Origin: Azolla caroliniana
Taxonomy: Eukaryota; Plantae; Polypodiophyta
DNA: 64,000 bases
Direction: 5' to 3'
Assembly: GCA_043228905.1 (NCBI GenBank)
Contig: JBHGNT010000002.1
Location: 28,210,001-28,274,000 of the forward strand
The notes beneath the pieces are model-generated. The model was not told the DNA's origin. It did no database searches and was given only the letters and a program-made list of their open reading frames with translations. Below are positions 12,700-25,235 of the stretch, piece by piece; position 1 is the stretch's first letter; each line of letters opens with the position of its first letter. The translations under genes were made by a program, and so were the position numbers.

Positions 12700-15600
12700 T
12701 CAATTCTTACAGTCGACTTGTCTACTCGTGCGACCTTTTCCAACTCCCTTGTTGTCACGATGTTGGCGCCTCTTCTGCTGCCCTTTCTTCCGCTTGTCCT
12801 TCAGTTGATTTGTCGTCTTCGAACCAAACATCCGAGCCAAATCGGTTGCCCCCGATTCGTCTCCGCTTTTATCCGAATTGGTTGTCTCCAATTCATCCTC
12901 AATCTTGGCCTTCTTGCCCTTGTTGGCTTCATCTCCCCCATGCTTGGCTGGCTCCGGCTCTTTCTTTTGGCTACTGCCCTCCCATCCACTTTTGGAGTTT
13001 CCCACGGATCCGCCTTCGGCTTCTTCAACCGACACTAAATCGAATTCGTCATCCGATTTGGTGTCGCGGTCACTTCCGCTCCTTTCTTGCTCCATTCCGT
13101 GGTTTTGCGGGACTTTTCTCCCCCTCAAGTTAAGCACATCGAGGTGCCGCAACCCAAGCGCACCCGAGAATTGCCAAAACTTGTCTAGACCAAGGGGCTT
13201 GGTGAAGATGTCGATGTTTTGCCGATCTGTCGGAACATACTGAAGTTCGACTTCACCACAGAGGACACGCTCGTGGACAAAGTGGTAGTGCACCTCAATG
13301 TGCTTAGTCCGGGCGTGAAAGACAGGGTTCTTCGCAAGTTGGATGGTGCTGAGGTTGTCGCAGTCGATTGTGGTCGGACCGGACACCTCCACCTGCAGAT
13401 CCTTAAGTAGCCGCTTCAGCCATATGGCTTTGCACGTTGCAACAGCCACTCCTCGATACTCGGCCTTTGTGCTCGACAATACAACTGTCAGCTGCTTCTT
13501 GCTACTCCACGCGATCGCAGCGCTCCCAAGGGAGAACGCGAATCCAGATGTGGATCGGTGATCGTCGATGTTTCTGGCCCAGTTCACATCTGTATAGTCG
13601 ACTAGCTGCGCGGTAGTACCAATCCGATATAGTAGCCCCCGGTCCTTAGTGCCATTGGCATACCTGAGTACGTGTTGCGTGCACTGAAGGTGCTCCTCGG
13701 TTGGTCGTGCCATGGGGGTTATAACAATTGTAACCCTTTTGTTCGTCCAAATAGCCGACAAGGATACACTTCTCGGTTTTCGCGTCCAGTTTCCTCTGCT
13801 TCTCCTTCGACACATGCACATACGCGATGTTATCGAAAACCCTCAAGTGCCGTAGATTCGGTTTCCTTCCAAAATACAGCTCATGTGGCGACACTTTTTC
13901 TTCAATCTGATTATGGATGTAGACCGTGGTTCGAACTGCTTTGACCCAATAGAACTTGGGCATGCTCTTTTATTCCAGCATTGCCCACGCCGCTTCCACA
14001 ACCAACCGATTGCTACTTCCACAACCGACTGATTCTTCCTTTGGTCTACGCTATTTTGCCCCAACGTATACTTGCAATTGAATTCATGTTGAATTCCCAT
14101 TTGTTGCAAATAACTGTTGAATTGGCCGGAAAAGTACTCTTTTCTGCCATCCGACCACAGGCACTTGATCTTCCTCCTTGTTTCCCTTTCGGCAAGATTT
14201 TTGAGATTCCGGAAATAGTTGAAGACTTCACTCTTCTTTTCGATGAGGTAGATTCATGTGTGTCGGGTGTAGTCGTCGATGAAGGAGACGAAATATCGAC
14301 TCCCGGCAAGACTCACATTCTGTGTCGGTCCCCATACATCTTAATGTATCATGTCGAGCTTATTTCGGCTCCGATTACACTCGTTGGGGAAAGGAAGTCG
14401 TTGTTGCTTCCCTAGCTGGCTGGCTTCACAAATTTGGGCCTTTCGACCACTGAATTTCGGCAATCCGAATACAACTTGTTTCGATTGCAAGTCCTGAAGC
14501 CTTTGGTAGTTGACGTGGCCTATCCGCTTATGCCACAAGTCGATATCCGACTCGACTTTTTGTCCTTTTGCGAACATGGCGGTGCCTACGTCATTGGTGT
14601 CAAGGATGAACATCCTCCCATCTTTGCGCCCTTGCGCAATAACTTGGCCTTCTTCCTCGATGAAGCACCCAAGATGCATGAACCGGACTTTCATCCCCTA
14701 GTCGACGATCTATCCGACGGACACCTGATTCTTCGTAATTGTCGGGACGTGTAACACGTTCATTAGCTTTCCTTATTGCCCGACGTGGCTAAGGGAAACT
14801 TCACCGACATGTACGATCGGATGCAGAGTGTTGTCTCCTATTGCGACTACTCCCGGTTGTTCTTGTTTTTCCAGATATGAGAACCACTCTTTATGGTTCG
14901 TCATATGGTTTGACGCTCCGGAGTCAACGTACCACACTTCATTCGATTTCGGGGTGGTCTTCTTCATCGAGTTCGCTTCATGTCTTGTCACAAAGGTTGT
15001 CCCCTTTCCGACTTTTTTGGATCCTTCGGCGTAGTGCGTTCACTACCGATTTCCTTGTTCTCTCCGAATCGGTCCACTTCTTCCAACACTCGCTCATCTT
15101 GTGGCCTTTCTTGCCGGTTCTCGTCGCCTCCTCGACTCCCCCTACTTCCGAAGGGTTCAGAATTGTTGTCGGCATCACCATGACCGCCTCCATTGCGCGC
15201 CGACTCGCCTCGTTCGCCACGACCACGGGGCCTATTTCCCTCCAAGTACAACATCTTGTTGTCGGCATGCATACTCATCGACGCACCCGTGTGATTCTCC
15301 TCCACAAGGAGCATCGACTGCAAGTCGAAAAACGATGGCGTATTCTCCCTTGTACAAATAGCAATTCGGAATGCTCCGAACTTCGATGTCAATCCTCTGA
15401 CGCAAATCTACACCATTTCGCCCTCCTCAACGTTCACATCGATGGAGGCAAGGGAATTGCAGATATCCTTTATCTTGGAGGTGTAGTCAGCCACTATCAT
15501 GTCGCGTTGACGCACATTGCTCAACTCCTATCGGAGTTGGAGTTTCCTGGTTGTGGTGCTTGCGGCGAAAATCTTTTTCAAATTTCCCCAAGCATCCTTC

Positions 15601-15857
15601 GGCGTTCTTGCATCCCGAATGTAGCTCAAAAGTTGTTCGCTCACACATGACGCGAAGCAATTGAGAACTCTGCTCGCCGACTGTTCCCAAGCCGAGAAGT
15701 CTCTATGTGTCGATTCGGGTGCTGCATCATTCGCTCCATCAACATAGCTCCAATATCCATGACTAAGCAAGTACTGGTGCATCTTGTACGACCAAGATGC
15801 GTAGTTACTTCTGTCGAGCTTCTTAGTTGGAAGCGAACTAACCATACCTCTATCCAT
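12700..15857 (-). pseudogene. C2 gag-pol remnant
   Basis: Fragments KLDRSNYASWSYKMHQYL, WYVDSGASNHMT, WHKRIGH, KCILVGY and RNase H HARTKHIEVHYHF. The integrase tail is joined directly to the RT/RH linker at ~13713. Confidence 0.9.
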
Positions 15858-16296
15858 TTTTTCCTTTCTGTTCCTCACCGAGATTAGGTTTTTTTGTTTC
15901 GAGCTGAAGTCGATTGTAGAGGTTCTCAACCCTTGCGCTCTGATACCATGTGAAATGTTACGTGTAGAAGCTATACGGAACACAATATACCGACAGAGAA
16001 AAACAGGTTTAATGGAGAGCTTAAGACACAATGTGTGCGGGAGAGACAAAGAGGGAAAAAAACACAGAAAAACTAAATTCGAATAATGTGTAAACTCTGT
16101 ACACAGGATGTGCTCAAAGAGCACTTTTATACAAGTCCATACGGACTGACAGAAGTACTGACATGTACTTCAATGCTCATAACTGAGCTCCTACAGTAAG
16201 TCCCAAATATATTCCCTCGCAAAATATCTGTTCAACGGCCTCCCGGTTTCCGCACCAATCCGGCCTCTTGTTGTGCACCGGTTTACGCATCGATCC

Positions 16297-16906
16297 TGTA
16301 GAGTATATGCGGAATAATGCTCGGCCACAACCAAGTCTTCAAACACTTCGTTGAGAATTACAAACACAGTAATGGGAATGTGGAGATAGATGTTCGTATA
16401 CACAAAACACTGAAAGAGAGTACACAGTATGTTTTCGTGGAAAACCCTAAACGGGGAAAAACCACGGGAGCCCACAGACTCCAAACTACCACTATGTAAG
16501 AAGAATACAACAGTAATGAGTCACAGAGGTAACGACCTCGTGCTCTCAATCTTCGCCAACAGGCGGTTACAACAGAGACTATTCAAGGTCTCTCTCTCTC
16601 TCACTCTCTCTATTACGCTCTGTACAGCAGTTGCACCAATATGCAACAACACTCTTCTTCTTATGATCTATTTTCCCTAGGTCATATTTATACTAATATT
16701 ACTTTCGGGCTATTTACAAATATAGCCACAATGGGCTAACAGAAACATATTTACATATATGTCCCTTCATCCAATGAGAGGTTCTCACCAGGCCTGCATC
16801 ATCCGGTTCTCACCGGCTTCCTCGTCGGGTACACATCATCCGGTTCTCACCGGGTCTTCCGTTGCCGGGTACTCATATCCCATCCAGAGGGACCGAAATC
16901 CTAACA
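16297..16906 (-). mobile_element. Solo LTR, family-A-like, inserted in the C2 5' LTR
   Basis: TG...CA. TSD GATCC (16292-16296 and 16907-16911). Ends resemble the C1 LTR (tgtagagta... / ...cccatcc..agggaccgaaatcctaaca). Confidence 0.9.
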
Positions 16907-16996
16907 GATCCGGCCTAACCGATCGATCCAAATCGATCCAGTTCTCGGCTTGCACAGCCGATCGGGCCAATGTTGAGCTTGTATCTCAACACTTCG

Positions 16997-17402
16997 TCTA
17001 AATTTGTGGAAGAGATGGATTATTTTAATGGAGGATGAAGCATTTCTAGGGAGTGAAAGGGAGAATTGCTTGTGTTTATTAATATTCAGATTTGGAGTGA
17101 ATGAACAAGACTTTAGGTTGCTTACTATGATGATTAATGGCCGAAGCAGATCATGAGGTTTGTTGTTATTTATACAGGAACTTGGCAATATTCGACGAGA
17201 TGGTTGATATGGAGTGAATGAAGAATTTTTTTTGTGATAAGGTTGAGTGAAGATGGTGTGGAGGCCGAAGCATTTTTTCTTGAGGTGATGATGTTACCAT
17301 ATCATTTTGTTGTCATAGGTACATCCTTTGGGTGATATCCGGCATCGACATGGCTTATGTTATAAGGACAACTTTGCTTGGGGAAGTCATCCTTATAGAT
17401 GG
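16997..17402. repeat. Tandem repeat array, copy 4 (continues at 32354)
   Basis: tctaaatttgtggaagagatg...gttataaggacaactttgcttggggaagtcatccttatagat. Confidence 0.88.
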
Positions 17403-20400
17403 TGTTGAGCGGCAAGCTCAACCAGAGCCGGATCGGCTGAATAAGCCGGAGCCGGTAAGCGAGACGGATCGGGCGAAACGGATCGGTATGACGGTGAGCA
17501 ACCGAACCGGCAAGCAGTGGAGGCCGGGTGCAATCCGTAACCGGAAGTCCAATCGGAAGCCTAGTATAGGATAGACTACTAGGTAGCTATAGTCTCGTAG
17601 TAAGTGTCAGATGCTCGTGTGAGCATTGAAGTACATGGTACTTCTGTCAGTCCCAAGAGGACTTGTATAAATAGTGCTACTTAGCACAGTGTGTAAATAG
17701 AGTCTGAAAATAATTTTGAAATTACGTTCTGCTTTGTCTCTCTGTGTGTGTGTGTGTGTGTGTGTGTTGTTCTCTGTTTTACGCTTCCGCAAACACTCAC
17801 GTTTTCATGGTATCAGAGCGCGAGGGTTGAGAACCTTTGCTGCAGACATTTACTCTTGAGAAGAAAACCCTAACAAGTCGAAAATAGACACAGTAGAAGA
17901 CATGGATAGAGGCATGGCTACGTCGCTCCCGGTGGAGAAGCTCGACAGGAGCAACTACGCATCCTGGTCTTACAAGATGCACCAGTACCTGCTTGGACAC
18001 GGGTACTGGAGTTATGTCGAAGGAGCGAATGATGCGGCGCCCGACTCGGCACACAAGGACTTCCCGGTATGGGAACAGGCGGCAAGCAGGTTGATGTACT
18101 GCTTCGCGTCCAGTGTCGGCGATCAGCTGCTCAACCACATCCGTGACGCCAAGACACCGAAGGATGCTTGGGGGAACCTGAAAAAGGTTTTCGCCGCAAG
18201 CACCACTGCCCGGAAGCTGCAACTCAGACATGAGTTGAGCAATGTTCGACAGAAGAACATGTCTGTGGCAGACTACACGGGCCGGATAAAGGAGATCTGC
18301 GACTCGCTCGCCTCTATCAATGTTACCGTAGAGGAAGACGAGATGGTGCAGGTATGTCTCGGAGGCCTGGCGTCCAAGTTCGGAGCGTTCCGGATTGCGG
18401 TGTGTACAAGGGAGAATACCCTCTCATTCTTCGACTTATAGTCGATGCTCCTTATAGAGGAGAACCACGCCGGTGCATCTACCAGTGCATCCCCGGACAG
18501 CCGAATGCTGTACACGGGAACGGATCGGCTCCATGGGCGTGGTGGAAGAGGTGGGTTGGCACGCAGTGGAGGCGGCCGGCAAGAGCAGGAACAGAGGCAC
18601 TATGAGCGTGCCGACAGCAGTTCCAGGACTTCCACAAGCAGGGGGAGTCAAGGCGGTGCCGGAGGCCGGCAAGACAAATCCGCTACGGAATGCTGGTACT
18701 GTGGCAAAAAAGGCCACAGGGAAAGTGAGTGTTGGAGAAAGCGTGCCGATTCGAACAAATCCGGATCCGGCAAGACCGGTAAGGATGGCCGGCAAAACTC
18801 GCACTACGCAAACGGATCAGGAGGATCTGGAACCGGAAAGGCCGGTAAGGGGCTAGCCTTGGTGATGAATCACAAGGCAAACTCAATGAACAAGACCACT
18901 TCCAAAACGGAGGAAGTGTGGTATGTTGATTCCGGCGCGTCGAACCACATGACGAGCCACAAAGAGTGGTTCTCCTTTCTGGAGAAACCGGATCAACCAG
19001 GAGTAGTCGAAACCGGAGACGACACTCCTCACCCAATCGTGCACATCGGAGAAGTTCCTCTAAGCCACGTCGGACAGAAAGGGAAGCTGATGAACGTATT
19101 ACACGTTCCGACAATCACGAAGAACCTAGTGTCCGTCGGTCAGATTGTCGACCAGGGGATGCAGGTGCGGTTTACGCACCTCGGGTGCTTCATTGAGGAT
19201 GAGGGCGAAGTCATTGCGCAAGGGCGCATAGAAGGGAGGATGTTTATCCTCAACACCAATGACTTTGGCACTGCTCTGTTCACGAAACGACAGAAGGTCG
19301 AGTCGGACATCGACCTGTGGCACAAGCGGATAGGCCACGTCAACTACTAGAGGCTTCAAGACTTGCAAACGAAACAAGTCGTTTTCGGTTTGCCGAAGTT
19401 CAACGGCCGGAGAGCCGAAATTTGTGAAGCCTGCCAACTTGGGAAGCAACACCGGCTTCCATTCCCCACCGAACGGTACCGGAGCCATAACAAGCTCGAT
19501 CTCATCCATTCGGATGTGTGGGGACTGGCACAAAGTGTAAGCCTTGGCGGGAGCCGATACTTCGTCTCCTTCATCGACGACTATACTCGACATACTTGGA
19601 TCTACCTCATTGAGCGGAAGAGCGAAGTCTTCGAGTGTTTCCGAAGCCTCCAGAAGATGGTGGAACGGGAATCGGAGAGGAAGATCAAATGCCTTCGGTC
19701 GGATGGCGGAAGGGAATATTTTTCCAGCCAATTCGGCGAGAGTTCAGCTGCAGATACACACCGGAGCAAAACGGTGTGGCCGAAAGGAAGAACCGGACAC
19801 TCGTCGAAGCGGCAAGGGCAATGCTGGAGGAGAAGAGCATGCCCCGGTTCTACTGGGCGGAGGCGGTCCGGACAGCCGTCTACATACAAAACCGCATTGG
19901 TGACAAGGTGTCAGCTCATGAGCTGTATTTCAGGCGCAAGCCGAACTTAAGACACCTTCGGATATTCGGCAGCATAGCGTATGTGCATGTGCCGGATCAG
20001 AAGCGGAGAAAGCTGGATGCAAAATCGGAAAAATCCATCCTAGTCGGCTATGCTCAAGAGCAAAAGGGGTATAAGTGCTATAACCCCCGGACGAAGGAAG
20101 TCCGAGTTAGCCGGGATGTCGAGTTCGATGAATCGGCATCCTGGTACTCCGTACCGACTCCGACTTCCGATCCCGACCCAATGTTGGAGGATCAGGCCAG
20201 GGAGCCTGAATCAGCCCTGGCAGAGGATGATGAAGCCGGGACTCAAGATGAGAGTCCGGAATCGTTACGGTTGAGTGGACCGAACGAGCGACTGAATCGG
20301 TTGGACGAGTCGGATGAAGAGACGGCAAGTGGTGGAGACTCTGCCGTGCTCTCCCCGCGCAAGGAACCGAGGAAACGGTTCACGCACAAAGAGAAGGGGA

Positions 20401-22139
20401 AGAGGAAGATACCGGAATTCGAAACCGGCAACGATGAGTCAGATCGGTGCGTATCCGACTCCGGAAAGGAGAAAGGCGGATCTTCGGCAACGAAGACCGA
20501 ACTGGCCAATAAGGGCCTCAAATCAGGTGACAATGCGTTGCGCCGATCAACCCGCCAGAAGGATCCCGTCATGCGGTACGGGTACAATGAATACATGGCG
20601 CATCATTATGCGTACATGACTAAGGTGACAGAAGTGCATGAGCCGGAGAGCTACGCAGAAGCGGCAAAGGAAGCAAATTGGCGTGCCGCTATGGACAAAG
20701 AAATGCGGGCACTCGATGCCAACGAAACTTGGGACCTAGTTGATCCTCCCCGTCACTGTAAACCGATCGGATGAAAGCGGGTGTACAAGGTCAAGTACAA
20801 CGCCGACGGTTCTGTTAACCGGTACAAAGCCCGGTTAGTGGCGAAGGGATACGCGCAGACCCACGGAATTGACTACGACGAGACCTTCGCCCCTGTGGCG
20901 AAGATGACGACGGTTCGTGTGGTACTGGCGGTTGCTGCCGCAAGGGGGTGACATCTTCACCAGATGGATGTGAAGAACTCCTTCCTTCAAGGAGAGCTTG
21001 AAGAAGAAGTCTTTATGACTCAGCCCCCCAGATTTCAATCGGAGATGAGCAAGTCGGCGGTATGCCGACTGAAGAAGTCGCTTTACGGCTTGAAGCAAGC
21101 CCCCCGAGCCTGGAACGCGAAGATCACGCACCGCTTGCGTAAGCTGGGGTTTGTTGTCTCTAAGTCGGACTCTTCGTTGTTCATCCGGCAAGGCTCTGAC
21201 GAGTCCGGTATGTATACTCTTGTATGTGGATGATTTAGTCATCACCGGACCAGGTCTTCCCGAAATCAACCGCGTCAAGTCCCAGTTGTCGGACGCATTC
21301 GAAATGAAGGACCTGGGGGACCTTCATTATTTTCTTGGGATCGAAGTGATCCGGACCCCCGACGGCATATTGCTCTCACAATGACATTACGTGTTGAATA
21401 TGCTATATAAGTTCGGCATGACGGATTGCCGACCTGTCTCCACACCCCTGGACCGGAACCAGAAGCTCCGTCCCAACTCCGGACCGGCCTGCAATGAGAA
21501 ACGGTTTCGACAGGTTGTCGGAAGCCTGATCTACTTAACCATCACCCGACCCGACATCACCTATCCAGTCGGCATGGTAAGTCAGTTCATGCAGAAGCCG
21601 ACCGTGGAGCACCTTCATTGCGCGCAACGAATATTACGATATGTCAGCGGCACTAAGGACCGGGGACTACTATACCGTCGAGGTATACCAGAAGAGCTTG
21701 TCGGTTACACAGATGCTAACTGGGCCGGCGATGCGTCTGATCGCCGCTCCACTTCCGGATACATGTTCTCCATAGGTAGCGCAGCCGTTGCGTGGAGCAG
21801 CAAGAAGCAGCCCACAGTGGCTTTGTCAAGCACTGAGGCTGAGTACCGGGTCGCTACCGTTGCCACTTGTGAAGCCATCTGGCTTCGGCGACTACTTCGA
21901 GACTTGCGGATCGAGGTACCGACCCCGATCCCGATTTACTGCGATAACATGAGCAGCCTGCAGCTCGCCAGAAACCCTGTGTTCCATGCTCGCACAAAGC
22001 ACATCGAGGTGCACTACCACTTCGTGCGTGAGCAGGTCCTGAGCGGTGAAGTTGACCTACGGTGTCGTGATGTGGCATGTCTAGTGCGAGAAAAAATCAA
22101 AAATTGAGGATCCACACACATTTCACGAATACTTGTAAA

Positions 22140-22262
22140 AATGAAAATAAATAAACCTAGGTCACAATGGCATTGAGTGCATGTAGAGGGTTGCAAGTAA
22201 GATTTGAACCTTGCACCTCTAAGATAAGAGGCAATTACCTTGCCACTAAAGCTACTACTAAG
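22140..22262 (-). promoter_or_regulatory. tRNA-like Pol III unit (A box, B box, T-run) in the G1 5' LTR
   Basis: Minus strand A box TAGCTTTAGTGG (22243-22254), then 32 nt, then B box GGTTCAAATCT (22200-22210). T4/T5 runs at ~22137-22147. Confidence 0.6.
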
Positions 22263-22725
22263 TGCTTTAGATGTTCTATATTTCTTTCTCATATTCAGTA
22301 TTCCGTAGGAAACAAACGAACAAAACCGTGTACACAAAACCACGGTTTTAAGCCCATGGTTTCCTGCATGTCTCAAAATTGTGTGCATAGAAACCATGGC
22401 TCCAAGCCCATGGTTTTGTGCATGGACAAACCTATAAAACCCCTAGTACGGCTTGTGTAAGGGGGGGGCTCAATATGATATGACCATCATCATCACCATC
22501 AATAATATAAGCTTCTATTTCTTCTTCTTCGCATCTATCTTGTAATTATTTATCTACTTCTGAAAGTGTACAATCTTCAATCTTCTCAAGTGTAATAGGT
22601 CTTCCTCCAATCTTACATTCACATCGCCCTCTTCTCAATACCTTGACGGACATCCTCCTTGGTCCAAGACCCCGGTGGTCCCGCTCAAGCGAAGCACGCT
22701 CGCACGCGCATCTTCGCGACATTTT

Positions 22726-22743
22726 TGGTGAACCCGACGTGAA
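22726..22743 (+). other. G1 primer-binding site (tRNA-Trp)
   Basis: TGGTGAACCCGACGTGAA, complementary to the 3' end of plant cytosolic tRNA-Trp (...TTCACGTCGGGTTCACCA, recalled sequence). Confidence 0.88.
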
Positions 22744-22758
22744 GAGCGGTAGGGGAGG

Positions 22759-23550
22759 ATGAAGCTGGACGAGGAATATCTAATGAAGGCAATGTCAAAG
22801 ATGATGATGGAGTTTTCAAGAGAAGGGAAAACACGACATGCGGCCCAACAAGCCGTCGAAAGCATGATCAAGCAAGTCGGGTTTTTCGATGGAGGCAAAG
22901 TCCAAAAATTTCTAAAGGCCTACAATGCCGAAATGGATTCAAGAGGAGTGGAGGAAGCAATGAGGCTGGAGTACTTTTGCCGAGTGGTGGCCAAACCAAT
23001 CTTCGAAGAGATTAAAGAGATTCAAAAAACTCACGATTCGTGGGTGTCCTTCAAAGAAGCTTTACGAGAGTCATATGGTTACGAAGAGCAAAAGGGACGA
23101 GGTCTGTATGAGTTTCACGAATGGGTGTCATCGAGAAAGACCCACCAGAGTGCTATGCATGCATTCGTTGAGTTTGAGTATCGCTTCGCTCAACTCTCGG
23201 ACCGGGATCAAAGATTGGTGGGGGTGAATAAAGTTCTGATGTTTGTAAAGTCAATCAATCGGAATGAAAGGAAGACCATTGGAATCCAACTCGAGGATGA
23301 CAATGGTGAAAATGGCCTCACTGAGGATTGGGCCAAAGTGGAAAGGGTATGCCGACAACACGATAAGAGGGAGATGAGACTCTCATCGACAACAACACGA
23401 CCCACAAGGGATGTTCAAAGGAGAATGGGATGTGGCAATAAAAACCCCCTTGAAGGAAGAAAGCTCGAAGAGGGAAGCTTCGAAAGAACTCAACATAGAA
23501 GCCTTGATGAGAGAGGCAATAATGAACTTAAAGGCACAAGTCGAGGTTGA
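22759..23550 (+). CDS. Gag-like protein of G1 (probably frameshifted near 23420 and continued by acidic repeat ORFs to ~24700)
   Basis: Aligns by eye with G2 Gag: VGFFDGGKVQKFLKAYNAEM/IGRFSGKDATKYLASYGAEM, VLMFVKSI/VLLFVKSV, GLTEDWAKVERVC/GLTTDWAAVKRVC. Confidence 0.8.
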   Translation: MKLDEEYLMKAMSKMMMEFSREGKTRHAAQQAVESMIKQVGFFDGGKVQKFLKAYNAEMDSRGVEEAMRLEYFCRVVAKPIFEEIKEIQKTHDSWVSFKEALRESYGYEEQKGRGLYEFHEWVSSRKTHQSAMHAFVEFEYRFAQLSDRDQRLVGVNKVLMFVKSINRNERKTIGIQLEDDNGENGLTEDWAKVERVCRQHDKREMRLSSTTTRPTRDVQRRMGCGNKNPLEGRKLEEGSFERTQHRSLDERGNNELKGTSRG

Positions 23551-25109
23551 AGAGAAGCTGAAAACAAAACCGAGGAAAATGGTGATCGACGAAGAGGAGA
23601 CCTCCCGACAAATGCAGACTAATGGTACAGCCAATACGAAGGCCCAGGTTTGGTATGACAGTACCATGGGAGAAGGTGTGAAACAAGCCACCTTCTCGAC
23701 TTATGGAGGAACGACGGTCAAGAGAAAGGCCGAAGACTCGAGAGCGGGAAATGCTGCTTAAAGAGTGGACGAGCATTTCGGAACACATGTTGTGTCCGAA
23801 ATATCGAGTAATGAATGTGCAAGCATGAGGGAAGCTTGTGTGATCAAGGGATGTAAAGAGTGCAAGGTCGACGTGATTGAGGTGGTAGCCACGAGGAACG
23901 ACATCGAGTCGCAGATGGCTAAGGAAGAGTCCACGGTGAATGACCGTGTCGAGACATTCCCAACACTTGATCTAGAGACTTGGGCAGTTGCGTCCGAGAG
24001 CCAACATGAGACCCAAGAGACGGAAAGTGGTGGGGAAGAAAATATTGAAGATAATGTGAATAACAACATTGAGCGAAAGATGGCTACGGATGAGAAGACG
24101 GTGACCGATGGTGTCGAGGTTCTCCCCACAATTGTTCATGAGACTTCGCCAGTTGTGCCCGAGTGTCAACGTGAGACCGGAGAGACGAAAGATGGCGGCT
24201 GGAAATCGAAGGACCGAAACAACGATGAGGAGGATGACCACAGACGAAGGAATCCCTCCACACCGATTCTGGAGACTTTGGCAGTTGTGCCCGAGAACGA
24301 ACATAAGACCGAAGAGATGGAAGGTGGTGGCGAGGAGATGAGGGTCGACGCCAGCGATACAGAGGAACGGTGGCCAACAAGGACGCCAAAAACAAAGCTA
24401 CAATAGAGTTCGATGAAGAGCCAGATAGCGGCAAGAAAGGAAGAACCAGAATACAATCCGGATGGAAGATGACGCGGTTGGTATTCCGACCCGAACGGAA
24501 GCCGACCCGAACGAGAGTTGATCAAACGGGCCCGACCCAACCGAAAACCGGATGGAAACTGACCCGGACGAAAGTCGATCGTCTGAGTCTGATTCGGCCG
24601 AATGTGAATCCGGAGGAAGGCCGACCAAGCCAAAAGCTGATTGGTCGAGACAAACAAAAGTTGAACAGACGAGTCGTGACACCCGGTTGAGGCTAGTGAG
24701 CATAAGGAAAGGCAAGCATGAGACGAGAAATGATGATAAAGGAAAGTTAGGTGACCAAGGAGATGGCCAAGATGAAGGTGGCACATGCATGAGGCATGAA
24801 GCGTTATGCTCGGGAGGAGCAAAGGGAGCCATGACAACTAGACATGGCAATAAAAAAGGTGAGCGAATGATATGGTGGATCGGATGGCAACGACAGTTCA
24901 AAGTAGACGGCAAAAAGACGATGCGTACGAGGCGCAAGAAAGGAGGAAATCAAACACCAACCGCCTTTGACCCTTCCACATCACTCTTTTCTTCTTGGCA
25001 CATACCGGAGGATGTGCGGTTTGGTGGGGGTGGATGTCGTGATGTGGCATGTCTAGTGCGAGAAAAAAATCAAAAATTGAGGATCCACACACATTTCACG
25101 AATACTTGT

Positions 25110-25235
25110 AAAAATGAAAATAAATAAACCTAGGTCACAATGGCATTGAGTGCATGTAGAGGGTTGCAAGTAGGATTTGAACCTTGCACCTCTAAGATAA
25201 GAGGCAATTACCTTGCCACTAAAGCTACTACTAAG
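25110..25235 (-). promoter_or_regulatory. tRNA-like Pol III unit in the G1 3' LTR
   Basis: A box 25216-25227. Consensus B box GGTTCAAATCC at 25173-25183. Confidence 0.6.

Larger units (their letters stand above)
12159..16991 (-). mobile_element. Ty1/Copia element C2 (family B), decayed, RT deleted
   Basis: LTRs 12159-12597 and 15949-16991 (the second interrupted by a solo LTR). TSD CTTCC/CTTCG. PBS-Met 15937-15948. PPT 12598-12609. Confidence 0.92.
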
